In this document: in pieces, positions 1-9,230 of the stretch
Layout: each line of letters opens with the position of its first letter
Position numbering within the stretch: position 1 is the stretch's first letter
Assembly: GCF_000195755.1 (NCBI RefSeq)
Contig: NC_002937.3
Coordinates: forward strand, 450,001 to 482,000
DNA: 32,000 bases
Source of the DNA: Nitratidesulfovibrio vulgaris str. Hildenborough
Lineage (GTDB): Bacteria; Desulfobacterota; Desulfovibrionia; Desulfovibrionales; Desulfovibrionaceae
Direction of reading: 5' to 3'
The notes under the pieces: generated by a model
What the model was told of the DNA's origin: nothing
Seen by the model: only the letters and a program-made list of their open reading frames with translations
Databases searched by the model: none
Position numbers and translations under genes: made by a program

Positions 1-1
1 G

Positions 2-1201
2 GACTACCAGGTACCCGTCGACTGTCCGGAAGACCTGCTCGGCGTTCTCGAGCTGTCCTACGATGAGGGTGAAACCCACTGGAAGCACGGCGGCATCGTC
101 GGCGTGTTCGGTTACGGCGGCGGCGTCATCGGCCGTTACTGTGACCAGCCCGAAAAGTTCCCCGGCGTGGCGCACTTCCATACCGTGCGCGTGGCCCAGC
201 CTTCCGGCAAGTACTACTCTGCCGACTACCTGCGCCAGCTGTGCGACATCTGGGACCTGCGCGGTTCCGGTCTGACCAACATGCACGGCTCCACGGGTGA
301 CATCGTTCTCCTCGGCACGCAGACCCCCCAGCTCGAAGAAATCTTCTTCGAACTGACCCACAACCTGAACACCGACCTTGGTGGTTCCGGTTCGAACCTG
401 CGTACCCCTGAATCGTGCCTCGGCAAGTCGCGTTGCGAATTCGCCTGCTACGACTCTCAGGCCGCCTGCTACGAACTGACCATGGAATACCAGGACGAAC
501 TGCACCGTCCGGCGTTCCCCTACAAGTTCAAGTTCAAGTTCGACGCCTGCCCCAACGGCTGCGTGGCCTCCATCGCCCGTTCCGACTTCTCGGTCATCGG
601 TACCTGGAAGGACGACATCAAGATCGACGCCGAAGCCGTCAAGGCCTACGTGGCCGGTGAGTTCAAGCCCAACGCCGGTGCCCACTCCGGTCGTGACTGG
701 GGCAAGTTCGACATCGAAGCCGAAGTCGTCAATCGCTGCCCCTCCAAGTGCATGAAGTGGGACGGTTCCAAGCTGTCGATCGACAACAAGGAATGCGTCC
801 GTTGCATGCACTGCATCAACACCATGCCCCGCGCCCTGCACATCGGCGACGAGCGTGGCGCCTCCATCCTCTGCGGTGCGAAGGCTCCCATCCTCGACGG
901 TGCCCAGATGGGCTCTCTGCTGGTTCCCTTCGTCGCCGCCGAAGAGCCCTTCGACGAGATCAAGGAAGTCGTCGAGAAGATCTGGGACTGGTGGATGGAA
1001 GAAGGCAAGAACCGCGAGCGCCTCGGCGAGACCATGAAGCGCCTCAGCTTCCAGAAGCTGCTCGAAGTGACCGAAATCGCTCCGGTGCCCCAGCATGTCA
1101 AGGAACCCCGCACCAACCCGTACATCTTCTTCAAGGAAGAAGAAGTACCTGGTGGCTGGGATCGCGACATCACGGAATACCGCAAGAGACACCTGAGATA
1201 A
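2..1201 (+). CDS. dsrA: Dissimilatory sulfite reductase alpha subunit, 5'-truncated by the window edge
   Basis: The frame is open from base 2 ([13 protein letters not shown]...), upstream of the GTG listed at 104. The translation carries the siroheme/4Fe-4S Cys pattern ([16 protein letters not shown]) and a ferredoxin-like insert (CPSKC...CVRCMHC). It is followed 18 nt later by dsrB. The string matches my memory of Desulfovibrio DsrA. Confidence 0.95.
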   Translation, partial: DYQVPVDCPEDLLGVLELSYDEGETHWKHGGIVGVFGYGGGVIGRYCDQPEKFPGVAHFHTVRVAQPSGKYYSADYLRQLCDIWDLRGSGLTNMHGSTGDIVLLGTQTPQLEEIFFELTHNLNTDLGGSGSNLRTPESCLGKSRCEFACYDSQAACYELTMEYQDELHRPAFPYKFKFKFDACPNGCVASIARSDFSVIGTWKDDIKIDAEAVKAYVAGEFKPNAGAHSGRDWGKFDIEAEVVNRCPSKCMKWDGSKLSIDNKECVRCMHCINTMPRALHIGDERGASILCGAKAPILDGAQMGSLLVPFVAAEEPFDEIKEVVEKIWDWWMEEGKNRERLGETMKRLSFQKLLEVTEIAPVPQHVKEPRTNPYIFFKEEEVPGGWDRDITEYRKRHLR

Positions 1202-1219
1202 GAAGAGGGGTGCAGAAAG

Positions 1220-2365
1220 ATGGCATTCATATCTTCCGGGTACAATCCCGAAAAGCCGATGGCAAACCGTATCACGGACATCGGCCCCCGCAAGTTCGAC
1301 GAGTTCTTCCCGCCGGTCATTGCCAAGAACTTCGGTTCGTGGCTGTACCATGAGATCCTCGAGCCCGGCGTGCTCATGCACGTGGCCGAGTCCGGCGACA
1401 AGGTGTACACCGTACGCGTTGGTGCTGCTCGCCTGATGTCGATCACCCACATCCGCGAGATGTGCGACATCGCCGACAAGTACTGCGGCGGTCACCTGCG
1501 CTTCACCACGCGTAACAACGTGGAATTCATGGTCGCCGACGAGGCTAGCCTCAAGGCCCTGAAGGAAGACCTCGCCAGCCGCAAGTTCGACGGCGGCTCG
1601 CTCAAGTTCCCCATCGGCGGCACCGGCGCTGGCGTGAGCAACATCGTTCACACCCAGGGCTGGGTACACTGCCACACCCCTGCGACCGACGCCTCCGGCC
1701 CGGTCAAGGCGATCATGGACGAAGTCTTCGAAGACTTCCAGAGCATGCGCCTTCCCGCTCCGGTTCGCATCTCGCTGGCTTGCTGCATCAACATGTGCGG
1801 CGCCGTTCACTGCTCCGACATCGGCGTTGTGGGTATCCACCGCAAGCCCCCGATGATCGACCACGAGTGGACCGACCAGCTGTGCGAAATCCCGCTGGCC
1901 GTTGCCTCCTGTCCCACCGCTGCGGTGCGTCCCACCAAGCTGGAAATCGGCGACAAGAAGGTCAACACCATCGCCATCAAGAACGAACGCTGCATGTACT
2001 GCGGTAACTGCTACACCATGTGCCCCGCGCTGCCCATCTCCGACGGCGAAGGCGACGGCGTGGTCATCATGGTCGGCGGCAAGGTTTCCAACCGCATCTC
2101 CATGCCCAAGTTCTCGAAGGTCGTTGTGGCGTACATCCCCAACGAGCCGCCCCGCTGGCCTTCGCTGACCAAGACCATCAAGCACATCATCGAGGTGTAC
2201 TCGGCCAACGCTTACAAGTACGAGCGTCTGGGCGAGTGGGCTGAGCGCATCGGTTGGGAACGCTTCTTCTCCCTGACCGGCCTCGAGTTCTCGCACCACC
2301 TCATCGACGACTTCCGCGACCCGGCCTACTACACCTGGCGTCAGAGCACCCAGTTCAAGTTCTAG
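1220..2365 (+). CDS. dsrB: Dissimilatory sulfite reductase beta subunit
   Basis: 381 aa, ATG at 1220 preceded by AGAGGGG. It has Cys clusters ([36 protein letters not shown]) and sits between dsrA and dsrD. Confidence 0.95.
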   Translation: MAFISSGYNPEKPMANRITDIGPRKFDEFFPPVIAKNFGSWLYHEILEPGVLMHVAESGDKVYTVRVGAARLMSITHIREMCDIADKYCGGHLRFTTRNNVEFMVADEASLKALKEDLASRKFDGGSLKFPIGGTGAGVSNIVHTQGWVHCHTPATDASGPVKAIMDEVFEDFQSMRLPAPVRISLACCINMCGAVHCSDIGVVGIHRKPPMIDHEWTDQLCEIPLAVASCPTAAVRPTKLEIGDKKVNTIAIKNERCMYCGNCYTMCPALPISDGEGDGVVIMVGGKVSNRISMPKFSKVVVAYIPNEPPRWPSLTKTIKHIIEVYSANAYKYERLGEWAERIGWERFFSLTGLEFSHHLIDDFRDPAYYTWRQSTQFKF

Positions 2366-2381
2366 CCGGCATCGTAACCAT

Positions 2382-2406
2382 ACCGGGGGCGGTAAACGCC
2401 CCCGGT
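2382..2406 (+). other. Perfect 10-bp GC-rich hairpin (ACCGGGGGCG / GTAAA loop / CGCCCCCGGT) between dsrB and dsrD, with no U-tract
   Basis: Read directly from the sequence. It lies 16 nt after the dsrB stop and 20 nt before the dsrD ATG. Confidence 0.7.
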
Positions 2407-2426
2407 TCACTAAAAGGGGTACTTCC

Positions 2427-2663
2427 ATGGAAGAAGCCAAGCAGAAAGTCGTTGACTTCCTGAACTCCAAGTCTGGTAGCAAGAGCAAGTTCTACTTCAA
2501 CGACTTCACCGACCTGTTCCCCGACATGAAGCAGCGTGAAGTGAAGAAGATCCTCACCGCTCTCGTGAACGACGAGGTTCTCGAATACTGGTCCTCGGGC
2601 AGCACCACCATGTACGGCCTCAAGGGCGCTGGCAAGCAGGCTGCGGCCGAGCACGAAGACTAG
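2427..2663 (+). CDS. dsrD: DsrD, small winged-helix protein of the dsr locus
   Basis: 78 aa (MEEAKQKVVDFLNSKSGSKSKFYFNDFTDLF...). AAAGGGG lies 7 nt upstream of the ATG. The position directly after dsrAB is typical of Desulfovibrio. Confidence 0.9.
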   Translation: MEEAKQKVVDFLNSKSGSKSKFYFNDFTDLFPDMKQREVKKILTALVNDEVLEYWSSGSTTMYGLKGAGKQAAAEHED

Positions 2664-2697
2664 CCTTCATGCTTAAGGAGCATCGCTCCAGCCAGGA

Positions 2698-2733
2698 AGC
2701 GTATGAACCGCATGGTTCATACGCTCTTTTCTT
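2698..2733 (+). terminator. Rho-independent terminator after dsrD
   Basis: 12-bp perfect stem AGCGTATGAACC (2698-2709) / GGTTCATACGCT (2714-2725), loop GCAT, followed by CTTTTCTT. Confidence 0.8.
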
Positions 2734-2778
2734 ATGGCCTGCCTTGCACAAGGCAGCGGTAATGCATACGGGAAACCC

Positions 2779-4185
2779 ATGAGCAGTGCGCGACTCGTCA
2801 TCGCCGGATTGAACGGCGGCACCGGCAAGACCATCCTTTCTCTCGGCACGGTGCGCGCGTTGACCAACGCCGGGCATTCCGTGAAGCCCTTCAAGAAGGG
2901 TCCGGACTACATCGACGCCGAATGGCTTGGTCTTGCCGCAGGTAGGGCGGCTACAAACCTCGACCCGTTCTTCCTTGATGCGGCGCGGCTGCAATCGCTT
3001 TTCCTCCATGCCTCTGCCGGGGCGTCGATTTCCATCATCGAGGGCAACCGCGGGCTCTATGATGGCCGGGACGTGACAGGTTCCTGTTCCACTGCTGAAC
3101 TCGCCCGCATTCTCGATTCGCCCGTCGTGCTCGCCATGGACTGCACGAAGATGACGCGTACAGCCGCCGCCATCCTTTCAGGTGTTGCCGCGTTCGAACC
3201 GGGTGTGAAGCTTGCCGGGGTTGTCCTCAACCGTACGGCCAACGAACGGCACCGTTCGATGTTGCGGCAATGCATCGAGCACTATACCGACATCCCGGTG
3301 CTGGGTGCCTTGCCGCGTCTGCGCGACAACCCCATCCCCGAACGGCACATGGGTCTCGTGTCCGACCGCGAATTCGCGCAGTGTGCCGGAGAACTCGACC
3401 GTGTGGCCCAGTTCGTCGCCCAGCATGTGGATGTGGAACGCATGGCTGAAATCGCCCGCAGCGCCCAGCCTCTGGCGTCGAACGAACCCTTCTGGCCCGT
3501 GGTGGCGGAGGGTGATGGCGTCAGGCCCCGCATCGGCTATGTCCGTGACGCCGCCCTGTGGTTCTACTACGAGGAGAACCTTGAAGCCCTTCGTCAGGCA
3601 GGTGCCGACCTCGTCGAGTTGCGCATCATCGATGGCGACCCGTGGCCCACGCTCGACGGTCTCTATCTCGGTGGCGGGTTTCCCGAGACGCTTGCCAGCG
3701 AGTTGTCCGCATGCCGCGAGCGTCTTGCCGGAATCCGCGAGGCAGCATTGGCAGGGCTTCCCGTCTACGCCGAATGTGGCGGGTTCATGGTGCTTGGCGA
3801 ATCCATTGTCATGGATGGGGTCGAATACCCCATGAGCGGAGTCTTTCCGGTACAGACCGTCTTCCATCCGAAGCCGCAGGGGCTTGGCTACGTCGAGGCC
3901 GAGGTGGTGGCAGAGAATCCCTTCTTTCCGCAAGGCATGGTCTTTCGCGGGCATGAGTTCCATTATTCCGCCTGCCGTCCAAGAGACGGGGGGGCCGTGA
4001 CGCACGCGCTGCGCCTCAATCCCGGTACGGGGATGGGCGGCGGGGCGGACGGCCTTGTGCAGGCGAACACCTTCGCGGCGTATACGCATATCTTCGGGCC
4101 GGCAGTGCAAGGGTGGGCCGAGCGTTTCGTCAGGGCCGCACGGGGCCACCGGGACCAGCTGAACAAAGGCACCGACCTCAGCTGA
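2779..4185 (+). CDS. dsrN: Cobyrinic acid a,c-diamide synthase (CobB/CbiA) family amidotransferase in the DsrN position (putative siroheme amidase)
   Basis: N-terminal P-loop IAGLNGGTGKT and a C-terminal GATase-like region (YAECGGFMVLG, HEFHYS). I prefer the ATG at 2779 (MSSARLVIAG) over the ATG at 2734, which overlaps the terminator tail. The CobB-like family call is firm. The DsrN functional name comes from synteny only. Confidence 0.8.
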   Translation: MSSARLVIAGLNGGTGKTILSLGTVRALTNAGHSVKPFKKGPDYIDAEWLGLAAGRAATNLDPFFLDAARLQSLFLHASAGASISIIEGNRGLYDGRDVTGSCSTAELARILDSPVVLAMDCTKMTRTAAAILSGVAAFEPGVKLAGVVLNRTANERHRSMLRQCIEHYTDIPVLGALPRLRDNPIPERHMGLVSDREFAQCAGELDRVAQFVAQHVDVERMAEIARSAQPLASNEPFWPVVAEGDGVRPRIGYVRDAALWFYYEENLEALRQAGADLVELRIIDGDPWPTLDGLYLGGGFPETLASELSACRERLAGIREAALAGLPVYAECGGFMVLGESIVMDGVEYPMSGVFPVQTVFHPKPQGLGYVEAEVVAENPFFPQGMVFRGHEFHYSACRPRDGGAVTHALRLNPGTGMGGGADGLVQANTFAAYTHIFGPAVQGWAERFVRAARGHRDQLNKGTDLS

Positions 4186-4662
4186 CAGCCTCCCGGTCAC
4201 CTTGCGGGTGGCTGGCGATGCACAGTCAGAGCATGCCGCTTGTCGGTATTCTGTGTCAGGACAGACCCGGCTATCAGCGGATGCTGTAATCGCTGTATCC
4301 GGATTCGTCGTATCTTCCGGCACTCCCCGTTAACTGGCTGAAGCCGAGTTTGCCTGCCATCAGATGCGGTGACAGTCTTCCCTGTTTGCCATGGCGAAAG
4401 ACACCACAGCCTGCACACCATTCGGAACGCCGCTGCGGTCGTTACCTCGGTCCTTACGGCGTATCGACCGATGCTCTTTGCGGTCGCTGGAACCTGTTGC
4501 TGTGGCTGCGTGCACAGCGGGACAGGGCCTGTAGCCGTATTCGGCGCGTGCACGCCTGTCCCGCAGTCCATCCATCATTCGAGGGCAGCCCTGCCCTTGT
4601 TCACGTGTCGTTGAGGCCGTCAGTTGCCATGCGCATGCGTCCTGAACGAGAGCGGAAAATCG

Positions 4663-5601
4663 TCATCGGTTGGCCGTGTATACCCCGGTCAGCACGAGGG
4701 CGGCACCAAGAATCAATGAGGGCGACAGCGGTTCGCCTAGGAACAGCCAGCCGGAGAGGATGGCGGTGATGGGGACGAAGTTGATGAAGACCCCTGCCTT
4801 GGCTGCCCCGATGCGGTCGACACCTTCGTAGAACCATGTGAAGCCCAGCGCGGTTCCGAACATGCCGAGATAGAAGATGCTCGCCCATACATCGGGCGTG
4901 TAGGTGGTGATGGCATCCAGCATGCCTTCGTGCAGTGCGAAGGGCAGCAGCATGCATGCCCCAGATGCGCAAGACCATGTGACCGCCGCCAGAGGAGAGA
5001 GACTGCTCATGGCCTTCTTGCCGAGAAGCGAATAGGCGGCCCAGCTGGCAAGGCAGCCCACGAGGGCGACATCACCCCATGAGACGCCACCCTGCAGGAA
5101 CGAGACCGGGTCGCCACGTGTGACGGCTACCAGTGCTCCACAAACTGAAATGGCGATGCCGATGCATTTGCGCCGGGTGAGAGGTTCGCCCAGAAAAAGT
5201 GCTGCCCCAAGGGCTATGACGATGGGGTTGTTGGCCACGACTACGGCAGCGCGCCCTGCGGGGATGGTCTGCAGGGCTGTGAAGAAGAGCGCGTTGTACG
5301 CGAAGATGCCGGTGGCACCGAGAAGCAGCACGAACAGGATGTTGCGGCTGCCGCTGACCTGGGGCAGGGCGCCTTCGCGACGTCGTATGTGCCATACGAG
5401 AATGGCCGTGGCGAGGGTGAACCGCAAGAATGCGAGGGCGAATGGTCCGGCGTGGGCCGCGCCTATGCGTCCGGCGACAAAGGTCCCACCCCAGAAGAAT
5501 GCGGCGAGAAGGAGTTTGAGATAAAGAATCACAAGGAATCTCCATAAGGCGGATTGCAGGGAAAATGCCGTATTATAGTGTGCAGTACAGTCGCTTGCCA
5601 T
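4663..5601 (-). CDS. EamA/DMT-family (drug/metabolite transporter) membrane protein
   Basis: About 10 hydrophobic segments arranged as two EamA-like halves. The true start is probably the GTG at 5532 (VILYLKLLLAAFFWGG), which is preceded by GGAGA plus a 6-nt spacer. 5601 is the outermost ATG. Confidence 0.75.
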   Translation of the reverse strand: MASDCTAHYNTAFSLQSALWRFLVILYLKLLLAAFFWGGTFVAGRIGAAHAGPFALAFLRFTLATAILVWHIRRREGALPQVSGSRNILFVLLLGATGIFAYNALFFTALQTIPAGRAAVVVANNPIVIALGAALFLGEPLTRRKCIGIAISVCGALVAVTRGDPVSFLQGGVSWGDVALVGCLASWAAYSLLGKKAMSSLSPLAAVTWSCASGACMLLPFALHEGMLDAITTYTPDVWASIFYLGMFGTALGFTWFYEGVDRIGAAKAGVFINFVPITAILSGWLFLGEPLSPSLILGAALVLTGVYTANR

Positions 5602-5769
5602 GTATTGTTGACTGCATTGGCACTGTATCGTCGTTATGCATGTTAAAAGTTGCTTTGAGTGCCATTAGTGGCATAACAGACCGAAAATGCGTCTGTTTGA
5701 CACGAAGCTTGCCGTCTGTCATGTTAAGGGAACGACGAAACGGCAACCACGTTGCCAAGCAGGAGGCTT

Positions 5770-6414
5770 ATGATCAAGCGACTGACAGCCGCCGTGGTCT
5801 GCCTCGCCATCCTGCTCGCGCATGTCGCTCCGGCTTCGGCGAGCAATTCCGGGATACGCAAGCAAGGCAAGGCGTCCTGGTATGGTGAGGAACAGCACGG
5901 CCTACCGACTGCCAGCGGTGAAGACTTCGACATGAAGGCTTTTACGGCCGCCCACAGAAAACTCCCCCTCGGCAGTGTCGTGAAGGTGACCAACGTCCGC
6001 AACGGGCGTTCGGTTCTTGTAACGGTCAATGATCGCGGGCCGTATGCCGGCAACCGCATCATCGATCTTTCCTATGTGGCGGCAAGCAGACTGGGCATGG
6101 TGCGCCAGGGCGTCGCCTCCGTCAAGCTTGATGTCATGGCCAACGCAGACGGAACCCCCATCCACTCTGGCAAGGCGTTCTACATCGACATTCGGCGTTT
6201 CGCTTACAAAAGCGATGCCCTGCGTCTTGTGAGGTCTCTTGAGAAAACGGGTCTCGCCTCGGCGCGGGCCGTGCGTCTTGAAGGCACCTCGAACAAGGCG
6301 TGGATGGTGGCCGTGGGGCCCTTCCGCAACTTCCATGATGCCGCCGGGGTGCGTTCCACGCTGCAACGCAAGCAACCACAGAGCGAAATCATTCTTGAAC
6401 GGGGCGACTTGTAA
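5770..6414 (+). CDS. rlpA: RlpA-family septal-ring lytic transglycosylase (DPBB domain plus C-terminal SPOR domain), exported
   Basis: AGGAGG lies just upstream of the ATG at 5770. There is a signal peptide (MIKRLTAAVVCLAILLAHVAPASA). The DPBB motif reads ASWYG...TASGE...AAH..LPLGS.V.VTN..NGRSV.V.VNDRGPY. The C-terminal approx. 75 aa are SPOR-like. Confidence 0.85.
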   Translation: MIKRLTAAVVCLAILLAHVAPASASNSGIRKQGKASWYGEEQHGLPTASGEDFDMKAFTAAHRKLPLGSVVKVTNVRNGRSVLVTVNDRGPYAGNRIIDLSYVAASRLGMVRQGVASVKLDVMANADGTPIHSGKAFYIDIRRFAYKSDALRLVRSLEKTGLASARAVRLEGTSNKAWMVAVGPFRNFHDAAGVRSTLQRKQPQSEIILERGDL

Positions 6415-6504
6415 CCGCAACGTCCAATATTCTTCTGGAAAAAAACGCGCGTTGTTGGCACAATAGGCAATATTCTCAGTCGGAAGACAAGGAAATCCCT
6501 GCCT

Positions 6505-8652
6505 ATGTCCGATTCTCCTGCGCGTATACTCTGCATCGACGATGACGATGCCGACCGCATGAACCTCGTGGCCTACCTTGAGGACAGCGGTTACATCGTC
6601 CTTGAGGCGGCGAATGGCCGTGCAGGGCTGGACGTCTTTCGGGCTGAACACCCCGACCTGATTCTTGTCGACCTCCGGATGCCCGTCATGGGCGGTATGG
6701 AGGTCGTCGCGCATATGCGTGAGGAGGCACCGGGCGTGCCTGTCATCGTCGTGTCGGGGGCGGGTATTCTCGAAGAAGCCGTCGAGGCGCTGCGGCGCGG
6801 GGCATGGGACTATGTGACCAAGCCCGTCCTCGACATGCGGGTGCTGGAACACGCCGTGATGAAAGCGCTCGAGCGCGCAAGACTCCTCGACGAACGTCAA
6901 CGCTATCAGGAGCGTCTAGAGTTCGAGGTCGAGGCACGCACGCGTGAACTGCGGGTTTCGAACGAGCAACTCCGCAGTACTCAGTCGGAGTTGGAGGACA
7001 AGAGCCTCTTTCTCGAGACGCTCATCGAAAGTCTGCCCAATCCGCTTTTCTACAAGACGCTTGATGGCGTCTATATCGGATGCAACAAGGCCTTTTCACA
7101 GCTTCTGGGCATTCCCCGCGAGAAGATGGTCGGCAGGTCGGCACGAGACCTCTTGCCCGACCATGCCTATGCCCAGATCATAGCTGGTGATTGCCCTTCG
7201 GGCAGTGATGCCGGAGAGCACTCGTGCGTCTTCGATATCCTGGGTGCCGACGGGCATATCCATACCCTCGCATTGTACAAGAGCACCTACAGCGACAGTC
7301 AGGGGCAGGTCTCCGGCATCGTGGGCACTTTTCTCGACATCACCGAACTCAAGCGCAAAGAGGCGCAGATAGTCCATCAGGCGACACATGATGAATTGAC
7401 GGGGCTGCTCAACCGCTTCGGCATGCGTCAGCATGTCGACCGTCTTATCGTGGGCGGGCAGATGTCGTTCGCCCTGCTGGTCATCGACCTCGACGACTTC
7501 AAGACGATCAACGACAGCCTCGGGCACGCCCTTGGCGACAGGCTGCTGCACAAGGCAGCAGAGCGCATCGTCGAACTGGTGGGTAGTCAGGGCATCGTAG
7601 GACGCCCTGGCGGGGACGAGTATGTCGTGCTCCTCTACAATGTCGATGCAGAGGCCGCCCATGCCATGGCACGTCGTATTCTCGACATTTTCACGGACAG
7701 CCTGTCCGTGTCCGGCCACGAAGTCTACATATCACTCAGTATCGGCATCGCGGTGTACCCCGAAGATGGGGATGACGCCGCCAACCTCTTCAAGTGCTGC
7801 GACATCGCCATGTACCGGGCCAAGGAAGAGGGGGGCGCCCGTGCCCAACGGTATCTCGCCGCCATGCAGGACGTGATCACCAGTCGGCTTGCACTTGAAA
7901 AGAACCTTCGCAAGGCGCTGGAACGGGGCGAGTTCGTCCTGCATTACCAGCCCAAGGTCGACATCAGGACAGGGGCTGTGACAGGCATGGAGGCGCTGGT
8001 GCGGTGGGTTCGTGACGATGGGACCATCGTTCCGCCGCAGGATTTCATCCCCGTGGCGGAGAAGACCGGACTCATCGTCGCTCTTGGCGAATTCGTGCTG
8101 CGCGAGGCCTGTCGCCAGATGCATGCGTGGCAGAAGCGGTTCGGGCGGCTCAAGATGGCCGTCAACATTTCGGCCCGGCAATTCCAGCCCGGACTTCCGG
8201 ATACTGTCGCTTCGGCCCTTGCCGATGCGGGCCTCGACCCGGGGCTGCTCGAGCTTGAGATCACCGAAACGACCATGATGCGCGACCTCGCGTTGACGGT
8301 TTCGGTGCTTGAGCGGCTCACCACCGGGGGCATCGCCGTCGCCATCGACGACTTCGGCACGGGCCACTCTTCGCTCTACTACCTCAAGACGTTCCCCATC
8401 AGTTCCATCAAGATCGATCGTTCGTTCGTGCGGGACATACCCAATGACGAGACCGATGCCACCATCGTGACCACGGTGGTGAGCATGGGGCGCAACCTCG
8501 GCATCGGCATCGTGGCTGAAGGTGTCGAAACCGAGGCTCAGCTCGATTTCCTGCGGAGCCTGGAGTGCCCCGAGGTTCAGGGCTACTACTTCTCGAAGCC
8601 CCTTCCGCCCCACGCTTTCGAGGCGTGGATGGAAAACCGCCTTAGAGTCTGA
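6505..8652 (+). CDS. Response-regulator receiver / PAS / GGDEF / EAL protein (c-di-GMP turnover)
   Basis: REC domain with an LILVDLRMP acceptor Asp, a coiled linker and a PAS region. The GGDEF domain has the variant signature GGDEY and no RxxD at -5. The EAL domain has intact EALVRW, EITE, DDFGTGHSSL, KIDRSF, EGVETE and QGYYFSKP motifs. Confidence 0.9.
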   Translation: MSDSPARILCIDDDDADRMNLVAYLEDSGYIVLEAANGRAGLDVFRAEHPDLILVDLRMPVMGGMEVVAHMREEAPGVPVIVVSGAGILEEAVEALRRGAWDYVTKPVLDMRVLEHAVMKALERARLLDERQRYQERLEFEVEARTRELRVSNEQLRSTQSELEDKSLFLETLIESLPNPLFYKTLDGVYIGCNKAFSQLLGIPREKMVGRSARDLLPDHAYAQIIAGDCPSGSDAGEHSCVFDILGADGHIHTLALYKSTYSDSQGQVSGIVGTFLDITELKRKEAQIVHQATHDELTGLLNRFGMRQHVDRLIVGGQMSFALLVIDLDDFKTINDSLGHALGDRLLHKAAERIVELVGSQGIVGRPGGDEYVVLLYNVDAEAAHAMARRILDIFTDSLSVSGHEVYISLSIGIAVYPEDGDDAANLFKCCDIAMYRAKEEGGARAQRYLAAMQDVITSRLALEKNLRKALERGEFVLHYQPKVDIRTGAVTGMEALVRWVRDDGTIVPPQDFIPVAEKTGLIVALGEFVLREACRQMHAWQKRFGRLKMAVNISARQFQPGLPDTVASALADAGLDPGLLELEITETTMMRDLALTVSVLERLTTGGIAVAIDDFGTGHSSLYYLKTFPISSIKIDRSFVRDIPNDETDATIVTTVVSMGRNLGIGIVAEGVETEAQLDFLRSLECPEVQGYYFSKPLPPHAFEAWMENRLRV

Positions 8653-8818
8653 TTCCCGTCATCCAGCGATGTGATCGAGGCCTGACCGAGAGGCCATATG
8701 TGGCTGCGGTGTCTTTGTGACGTGTGCTTCCGGGGACCGGACGGCGTGGCAAGATACTCGGCATCAGGTCGTTTCCGGCAGTGCACGAAAGGCATAGGGG
8801 CGACCCACGTGTGACGAC

Positions 8819-8850
8819 AAAGGCCGGATGCCCGCGGGCATCCGGCCTTT
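8819..8850. terminator. Palindromic hairpin between convergent genes, candidate bidirectional terminator
   Basis: AAAGGCCGGATGCC-CGCG-GGCATCCGGCCTTT: a 14-bp perfect stem with a 4-nt loop. The T/A runs are only 3 nt and lie within the stem, so the bidirectional role is inferred. Confidence 0.55.
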
Positions 8851-8874
8851 ACGTCGGCAACATGTGTGAGGCTG

Positions 8875-9225
8875 TCAGCCGAGGTGCCCCAGAGTCACCG
8901 GTGCACCGGTAAGCTGGGCAGCCCTGCCGTAGCCGCGAAGCCGACGCACTTCACGCTTGTTGTCCTGCAACTGGCTGCGCAGTTGGGTATGCAGGCGTCG
9001 TGCCTCTTCGGTGAGCTTGCCTTGCAGGCACTGAAGTCTGACCAATCTGTCGCGCAGGGCGTCGAGGGTTTCGGGCGCCCGTCGCTCCCATGCCTGATGC
9101 AGGAGGCGTTCGCGTTCGGCGGCTGTGAGGTCGGCAGCATCCACATCGCCAGCGGCGAGTGCTCCGAGTTCGCGTTCTCCGAGAGAGAGTGCCTCGTCGA
9201 GCAGGGCGAGACTGTCGGTGGTCAT
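8875..9225 (-). CDS. Hypothetical 116-aa helical, charged protein
   Basis: The ATG at 9225 lies 5 nt after the stop of the upstream gene (TAGTCGCCATG), with AAGGGG 8 nt upstream, so the two are translationally coupled. The Ala/Leu/Glu/Arg-rich sequence looks coiled-coil. I recognise no family with confidence. Confidence 0.55.
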   Translation of the reverse strand: MTTDSLALLDEALSLGERELGALAAGDVDAADLTAAERERLLHQAWERRAPETLDALRDRLVRLQCLQGKLTEEARRLHTQLRSQLQDNKREVRRLRGYGRAAQLTGAPVTLGHLG

Positions 9226-9230
9226 GGCGA

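Noticed and set aside
4369-4614. 81-aa Cys-rich plus-strand ORF (GTG start) in the dsrN-EamA gap, and the 124-aa minus-strand ORF at 4197..4571.
   Set aside because: Neither has an RBS. Third-position GC (about two thirds by my count) looks lower than in the neighbouring genes. The sequences contain no recognisable motif, and the plus-strand ORF spans the inverted-repeat element.
6455-6470. TTGGCACAATAGGCAA upstream of the REC-PAS-GGDEF-EAL gene looks like a sigma-54 -24/-12 element.
   Set aside because: The GG-to-GC spacing is 8 nt instead of the required 10, and the -12 element is GGCA rather than TTGC. It is not callable.
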